Assembly: GCA_965248355.1 (NCBI GenBank)
Contig: OZ252098.1
Span: 352,001-416,000 of the forward strand
Origin: Candidatus Latescibacterota bacterium
GTDB lineage: Bacteria; Latescibacterota; UBA2968; UBA8231
Direction: 5' to 3'
DNA: 64,000 bases
Shown here: in pieces, positions 49,134 to 57,266 of the stretch
Layout: each line of letters begins with the position of its first letter
How positions within the stretch are numbered: position 1 is the first letter of the stretch
The notes under the pieces: generated by a model
Told to the model about the DNA's origin: nothing
The model's input: only the letters and a program-made list of their open reading frames with translations
Database searches by the model: none
Position numbers and translations under genes: made by a program

Positions 49134-50558
49134 GTGGCCAAGGTGAGCGAAGACGGGGTCCGCCGCATCGTCGAGGAGGTTGTGGAGCAGGCCCTCGGTT
49201 CAGGGGCCGGATCCGGGGCCCCGGCTGCGGGCGGGTCCGGGGCGGGTCTGTTCCGTTCCGCCGACGAGGCCGTGGCCGCAGCCGGCCGGGCGCAGAGGTC
49301 CCTCGTCGAGCAGAGCCTGGAGCTGAGGCGCAAGATCGTCGAGGCGATCCGGCAGACGACCCGCGACCACGCCGAGACGTTCTCGCGCATGGCCCTCGAA
49401 GAGACGGGCATGGGCCGCTTCGAGGACAAGGTGCAGAAGCACCATCTGGCGGCCGATCTGACCCCCGGCGTCGAGGACCTCGAGTCGGTCTCGTGGACCG
49501 GGGACCACGGCCTGACCGTGGAGGAGATGGCGCCGTATGGCGTCATCTGCGCCGTCACGCCCTCCACCCACCCCGTACCGACCCTGGTGAACAACGCCAT
49601 CGGCATCATCGCCGCGGGCAACTCCGTCGTCTTCAATCCTCACCCCGGCGCCAAGGGAGTCTCCGCCCACTCGGTGCAGCTGCTGAACGACGCCATCGTC
49701 GCCGCCGGCGGGCCCGGGAACCTGATCGCCTGCATCGCCGAGCCGACGATCGAGAGCGCCGGCCAACTGTTCAACCACCGGGGGGTCGGGGTCATACTCG
49801 TCACGGGGGGGGCCGCAGTGGCCCGGGCGGCCCTCGCAAGTCCGAAGAAGTCCATCGTCGCCGGACCGGGGAATCCCCCGGTCGTCGTCGACGAGACCGC
49901 GGACCTCCGCAAGGCCGCGCGGGACATCGTCGACGGGGCCGCCTTCGACAACAACATCCTGTGCATCGGCGAGAAGCAGTGCTTCGTGGTCGACGCCGTG
50001 GCCGACGACCTCAAGGCGGAGATGGTCGCCTACAGCGCGGTCGAGCTCGACCCGGGTCAGGTCGACGCCCTGACCCGCGCGGTCCTGCCCCGGGGCGGGG
50101 ACGGCGAGCATCACCCGAGCCGCGACTTCATCGGCCGCAACGCCAACGTCCTGGGCCGGAGCATCGGCCTGGACCTCGACGACCGGCTGCGGCTGCTGAT
50201 CGGCGAGACCGGCGCCGACCATCCCTTCGTCACGGTGGAGCAGATGATGACCTTCCTGCCCATCGTCCGGGTGCGCGACGTGAGCGAGGGCATCCGCGCC
50301 GCCGTCGAGTCGGAGCACGGCTTCCGCCACACGGCGGTCATCCATTCCCGGAACGTGGAGAACATGCACAACATGGCGCGCGCCGTGGACACCACCGTGT
50401 TCGTCAAGAACGGACCTTCCTACGCCGGTCTCGGCGTCGGCGGCGAAGGGTTCTCCACGTACTCCATCGCCGGCCCCACCGGCGAAGGGCTGACCACGGC
50501 CCGCACTTTTACCCGCCGGCGTCGCTGCGCCCTGGTGGACTACTTCCGCATCACCTGA
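49134..50558 (+). CDS. CoA-acylating aldehyde dehydrogenase (EutE/PduP-like) with N-terminal encapsulation peptide
   Basis: N-terminal EDGVRRIVEEVVEQAL helix plus linker; AGPGNPP, FDNNILCIGEK and PTGEGLT motifs. Confidence 0.92.
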   Translation: MAKVSEDGVRRIVEEVVEQALGSGAGSGAPAAGGSGAGLFRSADEAVAAAGRAQRSLVEQSLELRRKIVEAIRQTTRDHAETFSRMALEETGMGRFEDKVQKHHLAADLTPGVEDLESVSWTGDHGLTVEEMAPYGVICAVTPSTHPVPTLVNNAIGIIAAGNSVVFNPHPGAKGVSAHSVQLLNDAIVAAGGPGNLIACIAEPTIESAGQLFNHRGVGVILVTGGAAVARAALASPKKSIVAGPGNPPVVVDETADLRKAARDIVDGAAFDNNILCIGEKQCFVVDAVADDLKAEMVAYSAVELDPGQVDALTRAVLPRGGDGEHHPSRDFIGRNANVLGRSIGLDLDDRLRLLIGETGADHPFVTVEQMMTFLPIVRVRDVSEGIRAAVESEHGFRHTAVIHSRNVENMHNMARAVDTTVFVKNGPSYAGLGVGGEGFSTYSIAGPTGEGLTTARTFTRRRRCALVDYFRIT

Positions 50559-50561
50559 CCC

Positions 50562-50879
50562 ATGCTCCTCGCCCAGGTGAAGGGTCAAGTCGTGGCCAGC
50601 GCCAAGCTCGACAACCTGTCGGGCCGCAAGCTGCTGCTCGCCGAGGTCCTCACCGTTCGTCCCGACGGGCTGCACGCCACCGGCCGTGAGGTGGTCTGCG
50701 TCGACGCCGTGAGCGCCGGCAGGGGCGACATCGTCCTCGTCGTCATGGGCAGCTCGGCGCGCACGGCCCCGGAGCTGGGCACGGTCCCCACCGACGCCGC
50801 CATCGTCGCCATCCTCGAGGGTCTGACCGCCGACGGCCGGAGGCTCGATCTGGGTCGCGTCGTCGAAGGGGCCGGGTGA
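50562..50879 (+). CDS. BMC pentamer (EutN/CcmL family) #4
   Basis: MLLAQVKGQVVASAK..CVDAVSAGRGD..GSSAR..TDAAIVAI; closest to pentamer #1. Confidence 0.92.
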   Translation: MLLAQVKGQVVASAKLDNLSGRKLLLAEVLTVRPDGLHATGREVVCVDAVSAGRGDIVLVVMGSSARTAPELGTVPTDAAIVAILEGLTADGRRLDLGRVVEGAG

Positions 50880-51586
50880 AGGGCGAAGTGGTCGCCGCCG
50901 TCGACAGGGCCCGGGTGGAGGCGCTGGTCCGCCAGGCCCTGAAGCACCGACTCCCGAATCACCCGGTGGACGCCAGGCCTTCGAGTCCGGCGCCCCGCCT
51001 GGTCGCCAACATCTCGGCCAGGCACTGTCACCTCGACGCGGGATCCCTGGAGACGCTCTTCGGCAAGGGCGCGGAGCTGAAGGTGCTCAAACCTCTCTAC
51101 CAGGCCGGCGCCTTCGCCGCCGAAGAGACGGTGACCATCTTCGGACCGCGCAAGCAGATGATCTCCAACCTGCGCGTCCTCGGACCGCTGCGCGAGGCCT
51201 GCCAGGTGGAGCTCGCCTTCTCCGACGCGCGCTTTCTCGGCATCGACGCCCCGGTGCGGCTCAGCGGACACATCGACGGTTCCCCCGGATGCTACCTGGT
51301 GGGGCCCGCCGGCGGCCAGGAGATGGGCCAGGGCGTGATCCGCGCGGCCCGCCACGTGCACATGAACCCCGAGGAGGCGGCGTTCTACGGCGTCGCCGGC
51401 GGCGACCGAATGCGCCTGGTCGTCCGCAGCGATCAGCCGGGAGCCCTCGAGGACGTGATCGTGCGAGTCGATGCCGGCTCGAAGCTCGAGGTCCACGTCG
51501 ATACCGACGAGGGTAACGCCGTGGATCTCGTCAGCGCCGCAAAGGTCGTTCTCGAGAAGCAACAGCCGGGCGAGGGCAGGCCATGA
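50876..51586 (+). CDS. pduL: Phosphotransacylase with N-terminal encapsulation peptide
   Basis: DRARVEALVRQAL helix; NISARHCHL, RVLGPLR, RHVHM and HVDTDEGNA motifs. Confidence 0.92.
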   Translation: MKGEVVAAVDRARVEALVRQALKHRLPNHPVDARPSSPAPRLVANISARHCHLDAGSLETLFGKGAELKVLKPLYQAGAFAAEETVTIFGPRKQMISNLRVLGPLREACQVELAFSDARFLGIDAPVRLSGHIDGSPGCYLVGPAGGQEMGQGVIRAARHVHMNPEEAAFYGVAGGDRMRLVVRSDQPGALEDVIVRVDAGSKLEVHVDTDEGNAVDLVSAAKVVLEKQQPGEGRP

Positions 51587-51668
51587 GCGCCTTGGGCATG
51601 GTGGAGACGCGGGGCCTGGCGGCCGCGGTAGAGGCGACGTGGCCTCGGTGAAGTCGGCGGGCATCTGA
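51583..51668 (+). pseudogene. Internally deleted remnant of a second BMC-H gene
   Basis: 86 nt made of the 5' end (ATGAGCGCCTTGGGCATGGTGGAGACGCGGGG), middle (GACGTGGCCTCGGTGAAGTCGGCG) and 3' end (GGCATCTGACGGG) of the 48857-49123 gene. Confidence 0.85.
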
Positions 51669-51671
51669 CGG

Positions 51672-52151
51672 GTGACGGGCCGACTGCACATCTCCGAGGC
51701 CGTTGTCACCGAGGAGGTCCTGCGCGCCCGTCACGCCGGACAGGAGGAGGTATCGGTGAACGCCGGGGCGGTGGTGACGCCCACCGGGTGGGACTACCTG
51801 CGGCGCCACCGGATGCGGCTGACCCGGGGCCAGGCGGCAGAGCCGGGCGGTTCCCAGCCGGCGTCCGGCGAGGTCCCGGAGGTGCTGCCGCCGGGCGCCG
51901 AGGGCGGGCTGCTGAGCCGCGGACGCTGCGACCACCCCGACCGCCCGTACGGCTGCAAGACCGAGGAATTCGGCTCCGGATTCGTGGAGCCTTCCTCCTG
52001 CTCCCGGTGCGCGGTGTACCAGGCGGAGCTGGCGGGCCGGCCGAGTTGCGGCTGTGGCGGCTGCAACCGCCGGGTCGCGGCCGAGGAGGAGGAGGAGGCC
52101 CTGGTGCAGCGTCTCACCGACGAGATCATGCGCAGGCTGAAGGAGGAGTGA
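51672..52151 (+). CDS. Uncharacterised Cys-rich BMC-associated protein with C-terminal encapsulation-peptide-like helix
   Basis: N-terminal VVT..VVTPTGWDYLR module; seven Cys including CxxC and CGCGGC; C-terminal EEALVQRLTDEIMRRL. Confidence 0.7.
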   Translation: MTGRLHISEAVVTEEVLRARHAGQEEVSVNAGAVVTPTGWDYLRRHRMRLTRGQAAEPGGSQPASGEVPEVLPPGAEGGLLSRGRCDHPDRPYGCKTEEFGSGFVEPSSCSRCAVYQAELAGRPSCGCGGCNRRVAAEEEEEALVQRLTDEIMRRLKEE

Positions 52152-52156
52152 GGGGC

Positions 52157-52735
52157 GTGTCCGAGGCCATCGGGATGATCGAGGTGGAGGGAGTGGCGGG
52201 CATCGTCGTCGGCGCCGACGCGGCCTGCAAGGCGGCCCAGGTCGAGCTCATGGGCTGGGAGTCGATCGGCGGTTTCACGACCCTCTTCCTGCGCGGCCCT
52301 CTCGGTGACGTGAGCGCCGCCCTTCGCGAAGGCGAAGCGGCGGCCGGGACCGTGACCGGCCACGTGGTCAGCGCCTGCCTGGATCAGCCGCAGCCCGAGT
52401 GCGCCGGCTTCGTCGGTTGTCCCCGGTCGCCGGGCGAGGTGGAGGCGGCCGCCCTGGGCCTGATCGAGACCCGGGGGTACGGCGTCCACGTGGAGGTGAA
52501 CGACGCCATGGTCAAGGCCGCCGGCGTGGCGGTGGCCAACGTGCTCACCGTGCACAACCGCGTCGTGTGCAGCCTGATCACCGGTCCCGTGGACGCCGTG
52601 GAGCAGGCCATCGGCCGCGGCCGGGAGCGGTTGGCCGGCGACGAGTGGTTCATGGCCTCGGCCGTGATCCCACAGCCCCTCCCGTCGGTGCTGAGCGCCT
52701 TCGTCCTCTTCCGTCCCACCGCCGGGACGAGCTGA
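52157..52735 (+). CDS. Two-domain BMC shell protein (divergent BMC-T)
   Basis: GTG start; AIGMIEVEG..ADAACKAA and ALGLIETRG..DAMVKAA..VIPQP domains. Confidence 0.88.
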   Translation: MSEAIGMIEVEGVAGIVVGADAACKAAQVELMGWESIGGFTTLFLRGPLGDVSAALREGEAAAGTVTGHVVSACLDQPQPECAGFVGCPRSPGEVEAAALGLIETRGYGVHVEVNDAMVKAAGVAVANVLTVHNRVVCSLITGPVDAVEQAIGRGRERLAGDEWFMASAVIPQPLPSVLSAFVLFRPTAGTS

Positions 52736-53886
52736 TGGAGCGCGCCCTGGGCATCCTGGAGGTCAGGGGCATGACGGCCCTGGCGGCGGCCCTCGACTCG
52801 ATGCACAAGGCGGCCTCCGTGCGGCTGGCCGGACGCCACGGGGTCGGCTCCGGCTGGTTGACGGCGATCGTCGAGGGCGCCACGGCGGACGCGCGCACCG
52901 CCCTCGACGCGGGTCGCGAGGCGGCCGCCGCCCACGGCGACGTGATCACCGCCGTCGTCGTTCCGGGAGCCGAGCCCGCGGCCCTCGAGCCGATGCCCCA
53001 CTCCGGCGTCTCCCTCGAGGCCGGGACCGGTCTCCAGGCCCTCGGCCTTCTCGAGACCCGGGGCCTCGTCCCCCTGGCCGCCGGCGCCGACGCCATGGTC
53101 AAGGCGGCCGACGTGGAGCTCCACGGCTGGTCCTTCATCGGCGGCGCCTTGATGCACGCCGCGGTCACCGGCTCCGTGGGGGCCGTGGAGGCCGCCGTGC
53201 AGGCCGGGGAGCGGTCCGCCCGGAGGGCGGGCGAGTTCCATGGCGCCCTGGTGCTTCCCCAACCGGAGCCCCAGGTGGGAGTCCTGCTGCCCTCCGGGCC
53301 GGCGGGAACTCCGCCGCCCGCCGGCGCCCTCGGGATCGTCGAGGCCACGGGGTACGTGGCCTCGGTGGCCGCCGGCGACGGCATGGTGAAGGGAGCACGC
53401 GTCGACCTGGCGCGGCTGACCATCGGCAGCGGGGGCCGGGTGGCGGCCGTCGCCACCGGAGCCCTGGACGAAGTCGGCGCCGCCGTCGCGGAGGGGGCCC
53501 GCCGGGTCGAGGAGACGGCGGAGCTCGAGGGGCAGGTGGTGATCAGCGGTCCCGACCCCCGAGTCCTGGCCTGCTTCGCCCAGGCCGCCGGGTCCCCCGG
53601 CGAGCGCCCTCTCGCGGGCCGGGCCATGGGCCTGGTGGAGACGCGCACCACCATCGGTCTCGCAAAGGCCCTCGACGAGATGCTCAAGAACGCCGACGTG
53701 ACCTACGAGGGCCGGTACAAGGCGGGCTACTTCCTCACGGCCTGTGTCGTGCGCGGAGAGACGGGGGCCGTCGACACCGCTCTCGACGTGGCGCGGCGCA
53801 CCGCCGGTCGCTACGGGGAGCTGGTGGCCGCCCGCGCCATCCCCTTACCCTATGACGAGATGGAGGTGCGCCTGCCTCACGGGTAG
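52735..53886 (+). CDS. Four-domain BMC shell protein (383 aa)
   Basis: Four consecutive BMC units starting ALGILEVRG, ALGLLETRG, ALGIVEATG and AMGLVETRT, each with D.M.K.A.V and a terminal P-x-P-like strand, joined by short Pro/Gly linkers. Confidence 0.88.
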   Translation: MERALGILEVRGMTALAAALDSMHKAASVRLAGRHGVGSGWLTAIVEGATADARTALDAGREAAAAHGDVITAVVVPGAEPAALEPMPHSGVSLEAGTGLQALGLLETRGLVPLAAGADAMVKAADVELHGWSFIGGALMHAAVTGSVGAVEAAVQAGERSARRAGEFHGALVLPQPEPQVGVLLPSGPAGTPPPAGALGIVEATGYVASVAAGDGMVKGARVDLARLTIGSGGRVAAVATGALDEVGAAVAEGARRVEETAELEGQVVISGPDPRVLACFAQAAGSPGERPLAGRAMGLVETRTTIGLAKALDEMLKNADVTYEGRYKAGYFLTACVVRGETGAVDTALDVARRTAGRYGELVAARAIPLPYDEMEVRLPHG

Positions 53887-55098
53887 GTGTCCCAGGACAT
53901 GGTCCGTATCGACGATCCCGTAGTCACCGCCCAACTGCTCGAGGGCCGTCTCGGGCAGGACGACCGGCAGGTCGAGATCTCACCGCGTTCGACGGTCACC
54001 CCCTCCGCCAAGGATCTCCTGCGGGCCCGGGGGATCGAAGTCGTGCCGCCGTCGCAGGGCGCGTCCAGCCCCGCGCTCCCGCCCGCCGGCGTGCCCGCGC
54101 CTCCGGGAGGAACCGAGCGGAGCCGCCGGTTCAGCGGCATCTTCACGCCCAACATCGTGATCTACGACGAGCAGGGGCGGATCGCCTACGGCGAGATGGA
54201 GCGCTACATCGCGTGGCTCATCGACGCCGGCATCCACGGACTCTACCCGAACGGCAGCACGGGGGAGTTCGTGCGCCTCTCCAGCGAGGAACGGCGCGAC
54301 GTGGTGCGGCTCATCGCCGAGGTCAACCAGGGCCGGGTGCCGATCCTGGCCGGCGCCAGCGAGGCCAACATCCGCGACGTGCTGCAGATGGCCGAGTACT
54401 ACGCCGACCTCGGCGCCGACGCCATCTCCCTCGTGCCGCCCTACTACTACAAGATCTCCGACACGAGCCTGTACGAGTACTTCGCCGAGATCGCCCGCCA
54501 CTCCCCCCTCGACATCCTGCTCTACAACATCCCGCAGTTCACCCAGGAGCTGCCCCTGGACACGATGGAGCAGCTCCTCGCCTACGAACGCATCTTCGGC
54601 ACCAAGGATTCCAGCCGCGACCTGCCGCGCATCGTCAACACCATGGATCGCCTGCGCCGGCACCGGCCCGACTACGTCGTGCTCAACGGCTGCGAGGAGA
54701 TCCTGCTGCCGTCGATCGTCATGGGGGCCAACGGCGGCACCATCGCCACCTCCGGCATCGTTCCCGAGATCATCGTCGAGCTCTACGACCGCACCGTCGC
54801 CGGGGATCTCCAGCGGGCGAAGGAGCTTCAGTACCGTCTCCTGCCCCTGATCAACCTCATGCTGCTGGGGGTGAATTTCCCCGAGGGATTCAAGACCGGC
54901 GTGGCCGTGCGCGGCTTCGAGGTCGGTCCGCCGCGGACCGTGCTGAGCGCCGAGGAGCGCGACTACCTGCTGCGCCTGGAGTCCGAGATCGGCTGCGTCC
55001 TTGGCGACATGGGTTATTCCGTCCGCGGTGCCCGGGGTTGCCCGGTGACCCATCTGCCGCCCATCGTGGCCGGCCGGAAGCCCCCGCCCGGGGGCTGA
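53887..55098 (+). CDS. DapA/NAL-family class I aldolase with N-terminal BMC-associated extension
   Basis: NGSTGEF, PPYY, LYNIP and Schiff-base KDSS motifs; ~75 aa N-terminal extension ending in a Pro-rich linker. Confidence 0.88.
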   Translation: MSQDMVRIDDPVVTAQLLEGRLGQDDRQVEISPRSTVTPSAKDLLRARGIEVVPPSQGASSPALPPAGVPAPPGGTERSRRFSGIFTPNIVIYDEQGRIAYGEMERYIAWLIDAGIHGLYPNGSTGEFVRLSSEERRDVVRLIAEVNQGRVPILAGASEANIRDVLQMAEYYADLGADAISLVPPYYYKISDTSLYEYFAEIARHSPLDILLYNIPQFTQELPLDTMEQLLAYERIFGTKDSSRDLPRIVNTMDRLRRHRPDYVVLNGCEEILLPSIVMGANGGTIATSGIVPEIIVELYDRTVAGDLQRAKELQYRLLPLINLMLLGVNFPEGFKTGVAVRGFEVGPPRTVLSAEERDYLLRLESEIGCVLGDMGYSVRGARGCPVTHLPPIVAGRKPPPGG

Positions 55099-55120
55099 GG
55101 CCGCCCGGCAGGCCTCGATC

Positions 55121-56221
55121 GTGAGCGCCGGGGACCGCGCCCGGGTCCTGGTGGCCGGCGCCGGCATCGTCGGACGTTCCGTCGCCTACTACCTCTCCCG
55201 GTCGGGTGTCTCCGTGGTAGTCGCCGACCGGGATCCGTCGCCTTCCGCCACCACCCGGGCCTCCCTCGGCGTCCTCACCCGGCCCACCGGAGGGGAGGAT
55301 CCGTTCTCCTCCTTCCACCGGGACGGCCATGCCCTGCACGAGGAGCTGAGCGTCCGGCTGCGCGAGGAGACCGGCCGTGACGCGGGCTGGCGGCCCCTCG
55401 GAGGACTGGACCTGGCCTTCGGCGAGGAGGAGGCCGAGGGGCTACGCTCCCTCGTCGATGAGAGCCGGTCTCGTGGAGTCCGGGCCGAGTGGCTCGAGCC
55501 GCGCCAGGTGCGGGAGGCGGAGCCGGCCCTGTCGGAGGCCGTGTGCGGGGCTTCCTTCTACCCCCAGGACAGCCGCGTCGACCCGCCGAGCCTGGCGTCG
55601 GTGCTGCAACGGGCGGCCGAGGCCCGGGGCGCCGAGTTCCGCTTCCAGGCCACGGTGGCGGCTTTGCGTACCACGTCCGGAGGAGTGGAGTGCGATCTGC
55701 GCGACGGCGCCGGATCCCGGCGAGCCGTCTTCGATGCGGCCGTGATCGCCGCCGGATCCTGGTCGGGGGAGATCGCCGGTCCGGCGGCCGGGAGGCTGCA
55801 GGTGCGCCCGGTACGTGGCCAGAGCGGTCTGTTCTCCGGCGACCCCGTACACCACCTGGTGCGCTGGTCCGGGATGCACGTGCTGCCGGTCCCAGGGGGC
55901 CTCCTCGCAGGGGGAACGGTGGAGGAGGCCGGGTTCAGCGCCGGGACCACGCCAGCGGCGGGGCGGAAGCTGACCGCCTGGTGCGAGCGCGTCCTGGCCC
56001 GCAAGCCGATCCTGCGCCGGCAGCGCGCCGGGCTGCGTCCCAAGCCGCGGCAGGGCCGCCCCCTCGTCGGCCCCCTGCCCGGTGCCGCGAACCTGTGGGC
56101 GGCCACCGGGCACTACAGGAACGGCGTGCTGTTGGCTCCGATCACGGGCCAGGTCCTGGCCCGGTGGCTGACAGGGGGCGAGCCCGGCCGGGACATGTCC
56201 CGCTTTGCCGTCGATCGTTGA
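55121..56221 (+). CDS. FAD-dependent oxidoreductase, glycine oxidase ThiO/DadA family
   Basis: VAGAGIVG, AAGSW, PVRGQ, AGLRP and ATGHYRNGVLLAPITG motifs. Confidence 0.85.
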   Translation: MSAGDRARVLVAGAGIVGRSVAYYLSRSGVSVVVADRDPSPSATTRASLGVLTRPTGGEDPFSSFHRDGHALHEELSVRLREETGRDAGWRPLGGLDLAFGEEEAEGLRSLVDESRSRGVRAEWLEPRQVREAEPALSEAVCGASFYPQDSRVDPPSLASVLQRAAEARGAEFRFQATVAALRTTSGGVECDLRDGAGSRRAVFDAAVIAAGSWSGEIAGPAAGRLQVRPVRGQSGLFSGDPVHHLVRWSGMHVLPVPGGLLAGGTVEEAGFSAGTTPAAGRKLTAWCERVLARKPILRRQRAGLRPKPRQGRPLVGPLPGAANLWAATGHYRNGVLLAPITGQVLARWLTGGEPGRDMSRFAVDR

Positions 56222-56296
56222 CGGCCGTCGAGGGGCCTCCGTACTCTCTACGGCCTCTGCCGACCGTCGCCCTTACCCAACCGACCGGAGCCCTGC

Positions 56297-57238
56297 ATGC
56301 CCTACAGCACCGAAGATCTGCTCGACGCCCTGGACACGGTCATCTCGATCCCCATCGTCCCCTTCCGCGCAGGCCGGATCGACTACGAAGCCCACGGAAA
56401 GAACATCGACTACCTCCTGGGCACGAAGGCGCTGGAGGGGGACCGCGAGCGCGTGATCTCCATCGCCGGCACGAGCCTCGTGCACCATATCGATACGGAC
56501 GAGCAGCTGAACCTGATGGAGTACACGGCGGCCCGGGTGGCGGGCAGGGGCATCTTCATCTCCGGCGTGGCACCCAACCCCCTGGCCGACGCCGAGCGGC
56601 TGATCGCGGCCCAGTGCCGCCTGGCGAATCCGCCCGACGCCTTTCTGCTCATGCCGCTGACGGGGGTGGCCGATCCGCAGGGCATCTACCACGGGTACAT
56701 GGCCCTGGCGGAGAGGCTCGGAGGGGACCACGGCGCTCGCTTCCTCTACTACCTGCGACAGTCCAACCAGGCGCCGGCCGCCGTGCGGCTGGTGAACGAT
56801 TCGCCCCACTTTCTCGGGGTCAAGATCGGCACCCGCCCCGAGGACGTGAAGCCCATGGTGGAGGGCGTCCGGAAGGGCGCCGGCATCGTCATCTGGGGGA
56901 TCGGCGACCGCAGCACGGGACCGGCCCGGGAGGGCGCCAGAGGCCACACCTCGGGGATCAACGTGGTCTTCGCCAAGGCCTCCGACGAGATCAACAACGC
57001 CCAGCGCCGCGGAGACTACGAGCGCGCCGGGCAGGTCGAGGAGGAGCTGACGGCCCTGGAGGAGATCCGCTTCCGCGACGATCGCCGCTACAACTACTCC
57101 GCTGTGGTCGAGGCCATGCACCTGAGCGGGTTCGACGATATCGAGGGCGGCGAGGGCGGTCCCTTCAACCCGCGGGTGCCCTCCGAAGTGGCCGGCGAGG
57201 TGGAGGCCGCCATCCGGCCGATCCTGCACTACCACTGA
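56297..57238 (+). CDS. Divergent DapA-like TIM-barrel lyase
   Basis: IPIVPF..IDY..GKNIDYL, LYY and GVKIG motifs; lacks canonical GxxGE. Confidence 0.65.
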   Translation: MPYSTEDLLDALDTVISIPIVPFRAGRIDYEAHGKNIDYLLGTKALEGDRERVISIAGTSLVHHIDTDEQLNLMEYTAARVAGRGIFISGVAPNPLADAERLIAAQCRLANPPDAFLLMPLTGVADPQGIYHGYMALAERLGGDHGARFLYYLRQSNQAPAAVRLVNDSPHFLGVKIGTRPEDVKPMVEGVRKGAGIVIWGIGDRSTGPAREGARGHTSGINVVFAKASDEINNAQRRGDYERAGQVEEELTALEEIRFRDDRRYNYSAVVEAMHLSGFDDIEGGEGGPFNPRVPSEVAGEVEAAIRPILHYH

Positions 57239-57266
57239 GCCCCGCCGCCCGGGGGGAGGAGGGTAC

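Noticed and set aside
55121-56221. Assigning gene symbol thiO
   Set aside because: Family motifs are present, but there is no thiS/thiG context to support the specific function.
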